A DNA stretch of 64,000 bases from an uncultured Acutalibacter sp. (GCA_964642055.1 CAZXLM010000002.1:3793-67792); one strand, 5' to 3'; shown: positions 1 through 9,738, counted from the stretch's first letter. Program-made: numbers and translations. Notes: generated by a model not told the origin, from the letters alone.

Positions 1-921
1 CTGCTTCACTGGGAAGAACTCCCCATTGCCCTTTACCCCGATATGCTCTACGAAAACGACGGCGGCTGTTTTTCCGGCTCCGCACTGGAAAGGGACGGCG
101 TTTTATACCTGATGTACACCTCTGTTTCCAAGGAGCATGGGCAGACCCAGTCCATTGCTACCAGCCGGGACGGGGTGCATTTTGAAAAATACCCAGGAAA
201 TCCGGTTATCGAAAAAAGCCCGCTGGACCCCTGCAACAAGGACTTTCGAGACCCAAAGTTCTTTGCCTACGGGGATGAATACCGTATGGTGTGCGGCGCA
301 GGACAGGACGGCCTTGGTTCCGTCCTGCTGTTCCGTTCCCGTGATCTGCTGCACTGGCAGTACATAGGGCCCCTTTTTCAAAGCCGGGAGTACGGCCCGG
401 TGCCGGAATGTCCCGACCTGTTCCCCCTTGGAGAAAAATGGGTGCTGATGTTCTCCCGCATGGACGAGACCCGCTCCGCACAATTTGTGATAGGAAACTT
501 TGACGGGGAGCACTTTTTCCCGGAAAGCTTTCAGCAGCCGGAAACGGGCACGGATTTTTATGCCCCCCAGACTTTTTTGGACCCCGCCGGCCGCCGGATC
601 GTTATCGGCTGGCTCTTTAACTGGAACCGTGCCGTGCCGGAAAACGCCCTGCGCGCCGGAGCTCTTTCCCTGCCGAGAGAGCTTTCCCTGAAAGAGGGAA
701 AGCTCCGCATGGCTCCCGTTTCGGAAGCCCAAGAGCTTATGACGGATACGGATCCCTGTGTCCGCCGGGAAAACGGCAGCGTGTTCGTTACAAACGGGAA
801 ACGCACCCTGCTGGAGCTTCCAGAAAGCGAAGTCCGCGACCTGAAAATTTTCACCGACACCCGCACCCGAGAGGTCTTCCTCAACGGCGGAGAGCTTTGT
901 TGCACCTTCTATCTGGAATAA
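1..921 (+). CDS. Glycoside hydrolase family 32 (sucrose-6-phosphate hydrolase / beta-fructofuranosidase type), 5' end cut by window edge
   Basis: Frame 1 is open from base 1. GH32 blocks FRDPKFF (RDP motif) and ECPDLF (EC motif) are present. The C-terminal beta-sandwich-like tail ends at TAA 919-921. Confidence 0.85.
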   Translation: MLHWEELPIALYPDMLYENDGGCFSGSALERDGVLYLMYTSVSKEHGQTQSIATSRDGVHFEKYPGNPVIEKSPLDPCNKDFRDPKFFAYGDEYRMVCGAGQDGLGSVLLFRSRDLLHWQYIGPLFQSREYGPVPECPDLFPLGEKWVLMFSRMDETRSAQFVIGNFDGEHFFPESFQQPETGTDFYAPQTFLDPAGRRIVIGWLFNWNRAVPENALRAGALSLPRELSLKEGKLRMAPVSEAQELMTDTDPCVRRENGSVFVTNGKRTLLELPESEVRDLKIFTDTRTREVFLNGGELCCTFYLE

Positions 922-1056
922 AAACCATAAAATGTCTGTTGACCGCAGATCTATAAAGCATCGTCCATGCGCAAAACCGGTCCGCGGCATGCTGACCGCA
1001 GGTCCGCCGACCGCAGGTCATAAAACCAGTATTGAACAAATATTTCTCTAAAAGCT

Positions 1057-1086
1057 CCCGGAAAGACTTCCTTTTCGGGGGTTTTT
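1057..1086 (+). terminator. Intrinsic terminator after the GH32 gene
   Basis: Stem CCCGGAAAG / CTTTTCGGG (one G-U pair), 5-nt loop, followed by GGTTTTTG. Confidence 0.6.
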
Positions 1087-1177
1087 GTGTTAAACTGTCG
1101 TTAAACCTATTTTCAACGCCAGATATTGAAAAGCGGCAGGCCTCCGGCTTCGCCTGCGAATGAAAGGAATATTCCTT

Positions 1178-2314
1178 ATGAAGGTTCTGATTCTCTCCTG
1201 CAATACGGGGCAGGGACACAACTCTGCCGGGCTGGCCGTGAAAGAAGAACTGGAACGCAGAAACATTCCCTGTGAAATGAAAGATGCCCTTTCCTTTGCC
1301 AAAGACCGCGCTTCCCGTACCATCAGCGGCGCGTATATCGGCATTGCCACCAGAAGTCCCGCCCTGTTCGGTGGAATTTACCGGCTGGGAAGCGCTATCA
1401 GCTCCAGCAGGCGAAAATCTCCGGTCTATTATGCCAACGCCCGATACGCGCAGCCCCTGAAAGCTTACATAGAGGAAACCGGCGTCACCGCGGTGGTAAC
1501 GCCGCACCTGTTCCCTGCTGAGACCTTGACCTGTCTGAAGCGCCGCGGTGAGCTTTCCGTTTCCACCTACGCCATCGCCACAGATTACACCTGCATTCCT
1601 TTCTGGGAGGAAACGGAGCTGGACGGTTACTTCATCCCCCACGAAGACCTGGCTCCCGAATTTGAAAAGAAGGGGATCCCTCAGGAAAAACTGATCTCCA
1701 CCGGTCTGCCGGTATCCAAGAGATTCAATTCCCATACAGATCAAGAGGAAGCCCGGCGCAAGCTGGGCCTTCCCGAGAACGCCCCGGTATTCCTTGTCAT
1801 GACGGGCAGCATGGGCTTTGGGGACATTTCTTCCTTTGCGCTGGATCTGCTGCTGACCTGTCCGAAGGCAGCCCAGATCGTGATCCTTACCGGCAACAAC
1901 GAGCCCCTGAAAGCCCGGATCGATAAGGACTTTGCCGGAGAGGCCCGGGTGCGCACCGTGCCCTTTACGCAGGAAGTCCCCCTGTACATGGACGCCTGCG
2001 ATGTGCTGCTCTCCAAGCCGGGTGGGCTTACCAGCACGGAGGCAGCCGTCAAAAACGTGCCGCTGATCCATACCCGGCCCATTCCCGGCTGCGAAACCTG
2101 CAACGCCCGGTTTTTCTCCTCCCGCGGTCTCTCCCTTTTTGCGGAGGATCCAAAGGAGGCGGCCAAAGCGGCGGCCCTACTGGCCGCAGACGAAACGCTG
2201 CGGCAGAGCATGCGCCGCCGCCAGCAGGAAGCGATCCCTGCCCGGGCCGCGGAGTCCATCGTTTCCTACCTTTTGGAGCACGAAAGAATCGGCGTCCCAC
2301 ATCAATCGGACTAA
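1178..2314 (+). CDS. Diacylglycerol glycosyltransferase (MGDG-synthase-like, GT28 family)
   Basis: N-terminus MKVLILSCNTGQGHNSAG is typical of processive diacylglycerol glycosyltransferases, and the C-terminal GT-B half contains SKPGGLTSTEA. An AAAGGA Shine-Dalgarno (SD) site precedes ATG 1178; ATG 1160 is an alternative start. Confidence 0.8.
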   Translation: MKVLILSCNTGQGHNSAGLAVKEELERRNIPCEMKDALSFAKDRASRTISGAYIGIATRSPALFGGIYRLGSAISSSRRKSPVYYANARYAQPLKAYIEETGVTAVVTPHLFPAETLTCLKRRGELSVSTYAIATDYTCIPFWEETELDGYFIPHEDLAPEFEKKGIPQEKLISTGLPVSKRFNSHTDQEEARRKLGLPENAPVFLVMTGSMGFGDISSFALDLLLTCPKAAQIVILTGNNEPLKARIDKDFAGEARVRTVPFTQEVPLYMDACDVLLSKPGGLTSTEAAVKNVPLIHTRPIPGCETCNARFFSSRGLSLFAEDPKEAAKAAALLAADETLRQSMRRRQQEAIPARAAESIVSYLLEHERIGVPHQSD

Positions 2315-2339
2315 AATCCGGCGAAAGGAGGCCCTTTTT

Positions 2340-2999
2340 ATGAATTTCCCCTATTGGCTCGGCGTGTTTCGGTATGTCGTCTACGCCTTTCTGGGCTTTT
2401 GTCTGGGCGGCGTGCTGTTCAGCTACCATCTGCCCAAGCTTCTAAAGGGTGTAGATGTTCGGGAAGCCAGTGAAGACCACAACCCCGGCACGGTAAACGC
2501 CTTTAAATATGCCGGCGTTTCCGTAGGTGTTTTGTGCCTGCTGTGCGACTTGTGCAAGGGATTCGTGCCCGTGTTTGCGGCCACGCATTTTCTGGATCCC
2601 TCGCGCCTGTGGTTCTCCATAGTCATCTGTGCCCCCGCCCTGGGCCATGCCATAGCCCCCTTGTACCGCCGGCAGGGTGGAAAGGCTATTGCGGCCACTT
2701 TCGGCGCTCTTCTCGGGCTGCTCCCCGGAAGTTTTTTGGTCTTTTTGCTGGCGGCGATCTACCTGTTTTTCTCCCTGGTCCGGGTGGTCAATCCCAATGA
2801 ACGCCGGACGGTAGTAACTTTCACGCTTTTTGCAGTCTTATCCCTGCTGTCCGCTTTTTACACCCATCGCTGGTCTTTTGCCTTGGGAACTGTGCTGCTG
2901 TCTGCTGTGGTCATTTTGAAAAATTATCGGGACGCAAAAATTCCTCTGCCTCAGCCGCCCGAGCAGGAGGAACCTCAGGTCAGCCGGCAAAATCCGTAG
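2340..2999 (+). CDS. plsY: Glycerol-3-phosphate acyltransferase PlsY
   Basis: Multi-TM protein with HNPGTVNAFK, DLCKGFVPV and GHAIAPLY..GGKAIAAT blocks. The start is taken at MNFPYW; the upstream part of the track ORF overlaps the previous gene. Confidence 0.85.
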   Translation: MNFPYWLGVFRYVVYAFLGFCLGGVLFSYHLPKLLKGVDVREASEDHNPGTVNAFKYAGVSVGVLCLLCDLCKGFVPVFAATHFLDPSRLWFSIVICAPALGHAIAPLYRRQGGKAIAATFGALLGLLPGSFLVFLLAAIYLFFSLVRVVNPNERRTVVTFTLFAVLSLLSAFYTHRWSFALGTVLLSAVVILKNYRDAKIPLPQPPEQEEPQVSRQNP

Positions 3000-3086
3000 T
3001 CATAACGTCTAAGGGCGCGTTTCAAAAGCATGGGATCTTCTCATCAAAAAGGGACTGCTGTAAGATCATTCTGCAGCAGTCCCTTT

Positions 3087-3932
3087 TCATGCGGGCAAAA
3101 CGGCCAGCGCCTGTTTCCCCAGCCCGCTATAGGCCCGCTCCACCGAAAACGCGGAATAGCGAACGTCCCGACCGGACAGCGGATCGTTGAAAAAATAGCC
3201 GCCGCTGTCCCAGCCTGTCAACAGCAGGCAGTGCATGGGATAGATCCACTGGAATTCCTCCCCGGTATCCTCCGTGAAAAAGATCACGTCGTCCTGGGGC
3301 TCTTCCATATCGATGGTGGCCCAAAGCAGAACCGGTACCCCGCTTGCCACATATTCCCCGCAAAGAGCTTCCAGACTTTCCCCCGACAGGTCTTTTACCG
3401 AGAGGAAGGATACCTCCCTCTCGCAGAGCAGCTGCTCCAAAGCCCGGAAAATTACCTGGCTGTAGCAGCCCCAGCCCAGTTTTGACCGAGGGTCCCCGGG
3501 GAATGCTTCCCGGGGATCACAGCCCACAAGCATTCCGTCCTGCTCATGAGGCGCGTTCCCCAAAGGGAGATATCCGTCGATAAATTCGTCTACGCCGATA
3601 TCCACGCCAAAATATTGCAGCGCCATGACCGTGCAGACGCTTTCACAGCCTGTGGGCCAGTTTTCCTCCTGGCTGATAAACGGGACTTCCAGCAGCATGG
3701 TTTCTTTTCCTCCGCGGGAGTCCGGATCCATTGCCCGTTGCGGGCCTGTCTCAAAAGCGCCTGTTCCATCTTCTGAAAACGCCCTTCCCCGAAGGAGTTT
3801 TCCAGAAGCAGACGGAGCGCTTCCCGTTTTCACCGTATGCGCAATGAGAGCTATCAGGCATAGAAAGCCCGCAAAAGCCATGAAATACGGTATGTATCCT
3901 TTTCTCCGTTTTTTCCGAATCCGGTTTTCCAT
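3087..3932 (-). CDS. Membrane-anchored C39-like cysteine peptidase domain protein (YvpB-like)
   Basis: N-terminal TM segment followed by PFISQEENWPTGCESVCTVMALQYFG (catalytic Cys context). A strong GGGGAGGA SD lies 8 nt before ATG 3932. Confidence 0.6.
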   Translation of the reverse strand: MENRIRKKRRKGYIPYFMAFAGFLCLIALIAHTVKTGSAPSASGKLLRGRAFSEDGTGAFETGPQRAMDPDSRGGKETMLLEVPFISQEENWPTGCESVCTVMALQYFGVDIGVDEFIDGYLPLGNAPHEQDGMLVGCDPREAFPGDPRSKLGWGCYSQVIFRALEQLLCEREVSFLSVKDLSGESLEALCGEYVASGVPVLLWATIDMEEPQDDVIFFTEDTGEEFQWIYPMHCLLLTGWDSGGYFFNDPLSGRDVRYSAFSVERAYSGLGKQALAVLPA

Positions 3933-4049
3933 TGAGACGCTCCTCCCCTTTCCCTTTGCAGAATAGATGAAGGAAAACGCCTGCATATAACCGAAAGACG
4001 CATAAAAAACTCCGGTCCGAATGGACCGGAGCGATTTCATATACAAAAA

Positions 4050-5249
4050 TTAAAGGAAGTTCATGGGGTCTACCCGATTACCGTTCTCGTATACCTCAAA
4101 GTGGAGGTGAGGACCGGTCACGTTGCCGGTAGCGCCCTCGTAGCCCACGATAGTCCCCTGCTCCACATACTGGCCGGTGGATACCGCCACAGAGCTCAGG
4201 TGAGCGTACCGGGTCGTGTATGTATCATTGTGGTAGATCAGCACATAATAGCCCCAGGACATGCCCCAGCTATCATAATTGTTGGCCTCGATCACCGTCC
4301 CGCTTTCCGCCGCCACCACAGGCGTTCCATAGGGTCCGGCAATATCCATTCCCCGGTGGCCCGCATAGCCGCCGTAATAGCAGGACACATAAGACACGCC
4401 GGGCAGGGGCCAGATGGGATGGAAGCCTTCCACGCCACCGCCGCCTGTGGGATAATTGTAATCTCCACTGCCACCGGCTGCTTCCTGCTGCCGCCGTTCT
4501 TCCTCGGCGGCCTTCTGCTGTTCGATAAGCTCTTTGATCCTCTGATCACAGGCTTCCCGTTCCTCGGCGTTCTTTTCCAGCTCTGACTGGGTAGCGCCTT
4601 CGGCCTCCTGCAGCGCCGCAATGGCGGCCTCGTTCTCCGCATACAGGTCGTTGAGTTCGTCCTGGTCGTTCTCAAGCTCCTTTTTCAGCTCCGCCACCTT
4701 TTGCTTGCTGGCCTCGCATTCCACGCGCTCCGCCTGAGTGCTGTCCATATATTCTTCGATCTTATCCATCAGCTTTTCATCATGGTCTGTCATGGCCTTG
4801 ACCATCTCGCTGCGCATGGTAAAATCGCTGAAGCTGTCAGAATTGAGGAGGATCTCCAAGGTGCTGATGTCGCCCGCCTTATACAGGGCCACGAGCCGGT
4901 CCTTGAACTGATCGATGGTATCCTGAATTTCCTTCTGGGACTGCTCGAGCTTCAAAGTCAGAACCGTGATATTGTCATTGAGCTTGTCGATATCGCTTCT
5001 GGCGTCGTCGATCTGCTGCTGGAGCAGATTGATCTTCTGCTGCAGCGTTTCCTGGTATTCCCGCTTTTGATTCTCATCGTTGCGCAGTCCCTCCAGCTTG
5101 GCTTCCAGGTCGTTGGCTTCCTGCTCCAGCTGGGCCTGCTTTGCTTCCATATCGCTGATCGAATCGGCGAGAGCGGTTCCCGGGACCATCGCAAAAACAC
5201 ACACGGCCAGCGCCCCGGCCATCAGGCGTTTTAAAAATTTCCGTTTCAT
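4050..5249 (-). CDS. M23 family metallopeptidase with long N-terminal coiled coil (EnvC-like)
   Basis: Signal peptide, about 250 aa of heptad-rich E/Q/L sequence, then HRGMDIAGPYGTPV ... GPHLHFEV (M23 HxxxD and HxH motifs). Confidence 0.85.
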   Translation of the reverse strand: MKRKFLKRLMAGALAVCVFAMVPGTALADSISDMEAKQAQLEQEANDLEAKLEGLRNDENQKREYQETLQQKINLLQQQIDDARSDIDKLNDNITVLTLKLEQSQKEIQDTIDQFKDRLVALYKAGDISTLEILLNSDSFSDFTMRSEMVKAMTDHDEKLMDKIEEYMDSTQAERVECEASKQKVAELKKELENDQDELNDLYAENEAAIAALQEAEGATQSELEKNAEEREACDQRIKELIEQQKAAEEERRQQEAAGGSGDYNYPTGGGGVEGFHPIWPLPGVSYVSCYYGGYAGHRGMDIAGPYGTPVVAAESGTVIEANNYDSWGMSWGYYVLIYHNDTYTTRYAHLSSVAVSTGQYVEQGTIVGYEGATGNVTGPHLHFEVYENGNRVDPMNFL

Positions 5250-5634
5250 AAAGCTTTTCCTCCTTCATTCACAAGGGCACATAATGTACCGGTGCTTTTG
5301 CGCGCTTGTGAATTTCGTGCACCCAATAGAGAAGCCGGAAGCTCAAAAAGCAACATGATTCGGGTGCATATAGACTGAAACTTTTTTCCGTTTCCCTTGA
5401 TTTACATAAATTCCTTGTTGATTCTACCCCATTCCTGCATCTTTATTTTTCCCAAATAGAATTAAAGAGTAAATTTATTTTGAAAATAGTGCCTTCCTGA
5501 CATATTCCTACTAGATATGGAGCTTTTTGCAGAAACGCGTCTCTTCTGCAGAAACATTTCCAAAAAAATTTCCGGGACCGGTGGGCGGCCCACCGGCTCC
5601 GGACACTTTAATCGCTTTTAAACTGTAAACCCGG

Positions 5635-5991
5635 CTACCGCCGCCGTTCAATATTCCGATGGTAACGGCGGGTAGGCGGCGGGGAATAAACGGACCGCAT
5701 CACTTTGTAGGGCGTTTTTGAAATGCTGGCAACCCGCACAGCTCTCCGTCTCTTTTTGGGAGCTTTGCAGCTGACGAATACGGTGAAGACCACGCCCAGG
5801 GAGCCTATGCCCACAATGGCCCAGCCCCAAATGCCAATGGCCTGTATTTCCGGCGCAGGAGCCGCTTGAATGGGCTCCGGCAGAGGCTCCTGCGTGGGAG
5901 CGGCATAGGTCACACCGATGCTGGCACACCACAGCACCAGAAAAGCTATGGCAACAAGCACCGCCCAAAAACGTGTATCCCGCAGCTTCAC
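5635..5991 (-). CDS. Hypothetical membrane protein (two TM segments, basic tail)
   Basis: GTG start preceded by GGGGAGGTG. Hydrophobic segments FWAVLVAIAFLVLW and IGIWGWAIVGIGSLGVVFTVFV. I recognise no family. Confidence 0.4.
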   Translation of the reverse strand: MKLRDTRFWAVLVAIAFLVLWCASIGVTYAAPTQEPLPEPIQAAPAPEIQAIGIWGWAIVGIGSLGVVFTVFVSCKAPKKRRRAVRVASISKTPYKVMRSVYSPPPTRRYHRNIERRR

Positions 5992-6038
5992 GCAGTCACC
6001 TCCCCACTTTATATAGTATATCGATTCTATTATAACAA

Positions 6039-6308
6039 CTAGCTGTGGGGAATACAACTAAAATCTAGAAATAATTTCCAAAATTTGTCGATTTCTGTGA
6101 TATCGACCTCTTTTTCCACCCCAAAAAGCTTAATTTTCAACTCTGTCCTTCCCTCAGGCATGTCCATCGTCTGCAAGGGCAGGTCGCTGTCTCCGAAGCT
6201 GAGCCGCCGGCCCTGGTAGTCCACCGCCACGAATCCGGCTGCCGCCATCAGAAGGAACAGAGATATGCCGAGAGAGAGCCAAAATGCCCGCCGCCCTTCT
6301 TTTTTCAT
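6039..6308 (-). CDS. Hypothetical small membrane-anchored protein downstream of spoIIP
   Basis: GGGGGA SD 6 nt before the ATG. N-terminal TM segment AFWLSLGISLFLLMAAAGFVAV. Confidence 0.45.
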   Translation of the reverse strand: MKKEGRRAFWLSLGISLFLLMAAAGFVAVDYQGRRLSFGDSDLPLQTMDMPEGRTELKIKLFGVEKEVDITEIDKFWKLFLDFSCIPHS

Positions 6309-6424
6309 ACCGGTCCCCCTTTTCAGCAGACAAATTCCGCATCATTTAGGATTGCCGGTTTTTCAGTGTTTAGACTGCTGCTTTTCGGAACAGCACAGGA
6401 AAAAAATACATTTTTGTGCGCGTA

Positions 6425-7564
6425 TCATCCCTCCTTTATGCGGGAAAAGGTCTCTGCCAAGATCTCTCCCAGCATTTTTCCGGAATATTTCGCTTCGGAA
6501 ACGGTGTTCACCTCCGTACCCACCTCAATGAGCATGGAACCTCTTGTAGCATTCATATTGTATTTGCTCTCTGAGAAGTCAAGGGGCCGCGCCAGCCCGG
6601 GATACAGCTGCTCCGCCGTCTGCTGCACCCGGAGAATCAGCCGGAGATTATCCCGCCAGTCCGGGAAATCCCCCCATTCCCCGCTGGCGTCACATCCGGC
6701 CAGCAGCATGACCTGCGCCGCTTTTCTGCCGTTTATCACTGCGGTAGGCTTATATTTCACTCCCTCCTGGGTAGTCATGGAATCCCTGTGCAGGTCAATG
6801 GTCACCTGAATGCCCGGGTATTCCTCCAGATTTTTCTGGATCACGTCCCAGGAACGGGAATAGGAGCCGTTATAGATGGCATCGTTTACCGTGGCGTCGT
6901 GTATCACCCCAAATCCCCGGGCCTCCAGTTCTTTTTTCAGCTCCTCCCCCACTGCCACGACGCTCATATCCTGATTCTGGGTACGGGTTTCCATATCCGT
7001 GTAATAAAATCCGGTATAATCCTTCGAGTAGGCCTCTGAGGTGTGGGTGTGATAGATCAGCACCTCCACACTGCCGTCCCCTTTCAGGCTGACCGCCGGG
7101 CTTTCCTGCAATTCTGCGTTCAGATCCGTGTCAGAGCCTGTGGTATCCCTTACAAAAAAATCGGCGATCTGCTCTCCGCCGTCCAACGCGATCTCCTCCA
7201 CCGGCGCGGAAACCCGCGCCGGGTCCGGGGTAACGGCCGCCCCCGGCAGCTCGTCATTGTGGAACGGGACAATGCCATCGTCTGCGAAAGCCTCCATGCG
7301 GCCTGCCAGAAACCCGGTTTCAGGCTGCGCAGGGGCTTCCGAAACAGCGGGCGTTCTTTCCGCCGGACTGCCGGGGCTTTCCACTGGAGCCGATTCTCCT
7401 TCGGAAGACTCCTCCCTGCGCATACCGGCAATAAAAAGCAGAGCATCCGTGCCGTTTTCCGCCGTCCAGCTGCCCAGCGCCGACGCCGCGCACCATACGC
7501 AGAGGGCGAGGCAGCCCCAAACTGCCAGATTTTTCATAGCCCGGAGGCAAAAGCTTTTTTTCAT
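6425..7564 (-). CDS. spoIIP: Stage II sporulation protein P
   Basis: VLIYHTHTSEAY, TIDLHRDS and LIEVGT blocks of the SpoIIP amidase-like family; N-terminal signal/anchor. Confidence 0.85.
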   Translation of the reverse strand: MKKSFCLRAMKNLAVWGCLALCVWCAASALGSWTAENGTDALLFIAGMRREESSEGESAPVESPGSPAERTPAVSEAPAQPETGFLAGRMEAFADDGIVPFHNDELPGAAVTPDPARVSAPVEEIALDGGEQIADFFVRDTTGSDTDLNAELQESPAVSLKGDGSVEVLIYHTHTSEAYSKDYTGFYYTDMETRTQNQDMSVVAVGEELKKELEARGFGVIHDATVNDAIYNGSYSRSWDVIQKNLEEYPGIQVTIDLHRDSMTTQEGVKYKPTAVINGRKAAQVMLLAGCDASGEWGDFPDWRDNLRLILRVQQTAEQLYPGLARPLDFSESKYNMNATRGSMLIEVGTEVNTVSEAKYSGKMLGEILAETFSRIKEG

Positions 7565-7626
7565 ACAGCAGCATGTTCCTTCCTGAAAAGTTTACAACTT
7601 TATATAAAAAATTTACAAATTTCCTC

Positions 7627-7655
7627 TTGCGGCAATCGGAGCGCTTCTTTATAAT
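7627..7655 (+). promoter_or_regulatory. Putative sigma-A promoter for citrate synthase
   Basis: TTGCGG, 17-nt spacer, TATAAT, about 90 nt upstream of ATG 7745. Confidence 0.45.
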
Positions 7656-7744
7656 TGAAACATTATACTTGACGATACCTGTTTGATGCAGACAAGGTTT
7701 CTATGGGAAAACGGAAGTTCTTGTGCAGGAAAGGAGTTTTACGA

Positions 7745-9091
7745 ATGTCGATCTATTCGGAAATCAAGCCGGAGGTCCGCAGGCTTGCGGACCTGTGCGT
7801 GGAAAACAGCCGTATTGACCCGGAGCTTTATACAAAATACGATGTAAAACGGGGGCTGCGGGATTTAAACGGCAAGGGCGTGCTCACCGGGCTCACCCAC
7901 ATCTCGGAGATCGTTTCCAGCAAAACGGTGGACGGCAAAAGCGTGCCCTGCGAGGGCGAGCTGTATTATCGGGGCTACAGTGTGGAGGATCTCGTCCGCA
8001 GCCAGCCCAAAGGGGACAATTTCGGCTACGAGCGAACCGCGTATCTGCTTCTGTTCGGCAAGCTTGCCACAGCGGAGGAGCTGGACGAATTCTGCCGGCT
8101 GCTGTCCTTTTACCGTACGCTGCCTACCAGCTTTGTGCGGGATATCATCATGAAAGCTCCCAGCAGCGATATGATGAACACCCTGGCCCGCAGTGTGCTC
8201 ACCCTCTATTCTTATGATGAAGATGCCGAGGATATTTCTGTCCCCAACGTCCTGCGTCAGTGTATGCAGCTGATCGCCCTGTTCCCTCTGCTGTCCGTGT
8301 ACGGCTATCAGGCGTACCGCCATTATCACGACGGTCAGAGTCTGTTTATCCACCAGCCGGATCCCGCCCTTTCCACAGCGGAAAATATCCTGCGGATCCT
8401 CCGGCCCGATTGCAAATACACGGAATTGGAGGCCAAAGTGCTGGATATCGCCCTTATCCTCCACGCCGATCACGGCGGCGGCAACAATTCCACCTTTACC
8501 ACCCATGTGGTAACTTCCTCCGGCACCGATACTTACTCCGCCATCGCGGCGGCCCTGGGCTCTCTAAAGGGCCCAAAGCACGGCGGCGCCAACATCAAGG
8601 TCGTGAAGATGTTCGATGATATTAAGACCCATGTGAAGGATTGGAACGATGACGATGAGATCACAGCTTATCTCCAAAAGCTTCTGCACAAAGAGGCCTT
8701 TGACCGCTCCGGACTTATTTATGGCATGGGCCACGCGGTCTATTCCATCTCCGATCCCAGGGCAAAGATCATGGCACGGTTCGTGGAGGGGCTTTCCCAG
8801 GAAAAGGGCCGCACGGACGAATATCGGCTGTATGCAAACGTGGAACGTCTGGCTGTAAAGCTGATCACTGAGGAACGGAAAATTTATAAGGGCGTTTCCG
8901 CCAATGTGGACTTCTACAGCGGCTTTATTTACAGCATGCTGGATCTGCCTATGGAACTGTACACCCCCATTTTTGCCATTTCCCGCATCGCGGGCTGGTC
9001 CGCTCACCGCATCGAAGAGCTGGTAGGCGGCGGCAAAATTATCCGTCCGGCGTATAAAGCGGTGCAGGAGCACCGAGAGCTGGGAGTTTAG
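7745..9091 (+). CDS. Citrate synthase
   Basis: GMGHAVYSISDPRA, HADHGGGNNSTF and FAISRIAGWSAH blocks (catalytic His/His/Asp contexts). An AGGAG-like SD precedes ATG 7745. Confidence 0.9.
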   Translation: MSIYSEIKPEVRRLADLCVENSRIDPELYTKYDVKRGLRDLNGKGVLTGLTHISEIVSSKTVDGKSVPCEGELYYRGYSVEDLVRSQPKGDNFGYERTAYLLLFGKLATAEELDEFCRLLSFYRTLPTSFVRDIIMKAPSSDMMNTLARSVLTLYSYDEDAEDISVPNVLRQCMQLIALFPLLSVYGYQAYRHYHDGQSLFIHQPDPALSTAENILRILRPDCKYTELEAKVLDIALILHADHGGGNNSTFTTHVVTSSGTDTYSAIAAALGSLKGPKHGGANIKVVKMFDDIKTHVKDWNDDDEITAYLQKLLHKEAFDRSGLIYGMGHAVYSISDPRAKIMARFVEGLSQEKGRTDEYRLYANVERLAVKLITEERKIYKGVSANVDFYSGFIYSMLDLPMELYTPIFAISRIAGWSAHRIEELVGGGKIIRPAYKAVQEHRELGV

Positions 9092-9478
9092 ATACTGGAT
9101 ACCGGATTCTGGATGCCGGAAAAGGACAATTGGAAAGGCAACGGGAAATTAGGGATAAGGGCACAGTGCGTTAAATTGGCTGCGTGCCGCTGCATCTACT
9201 TGTGAAGACAGCAGGCGGCGTTTGCAAGCATGGGCCTGATCGCAAGTAGTACTAACCCCCTTCTCTCACTGTCATTACTGAACAAAAGGCAAGGCAAGCC
9301 TGCTTTTACGAAGGATCTCGGTTATATCTCAGCCAGCGGGTACAAATTTCCTTTTCCGCACCGGTTTCTGCCAACCGAGATCCTTCGCCGTGAAGGCGTG
9401 AAGCACCTTTTATGTTCCTCAGGATAACAGTGGAGGGACTGGTGTGCCAAACAATCATTTATTCTCCTCATACAAGAA

Positions 9479-9503
9479 GCGGCTCCCCTATACGGGGAGC
9501 CGC
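9479..9503. terminator. GC-rich hairpin downstream of rpmB (possibly bidirectional)
   Basis: GCGGCTCCCC / GGGGAGCCGC with a 5-nt loop. It is followed by TTTGTTTCT on the plus strand and TTCTTGT on the minus strand. Confidence 0.55.
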
Positions 9504-9516
9504 TTTGTTTCTCCTT

Positions 9517-9738
9517 TTATCCCTGCTTGCGCAGGGTCCGCATACAGCGGGTGCATACGGTAAGCTTTTTTCTGCCCTGGGGCGTATTGATGTGCATGGT
9601 ATGCAGATTGGGTTTGATTTTTTTAGGCTTTCGCCCATTGATGTACATTCTGTCATGGGCCACCTTGTTTCCGAAAACCGTGGTTTTCCCGCAGATTTCA
9701 CAGCGCAAAAACGCCTTCCCTCCTTCTTTTTCCGGCAA
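9517..9738 (-). CDS. rpmB: 50S ribosomal protein L28
   Basis: CEICGKTTVFGNKVAHD ... KPNLHTMHI ... VCTRCMRT matches the L28 pattern. Confidence 0.85.
   Translation of the reverse strand: MPEKEGGKAFLRCEICGKTTVFGNKVAHDRMYINGRKPKKIKPNLHTMHINTPQGRKKLTVCTRCMRTLRKQG

Noticed and set aside
881-2071. 396-aa minus-strand ORF.
   Set aside because: It is antisense to the MGDG-synthase-like gene and crosses the GH32 terminator. It has no motifs.
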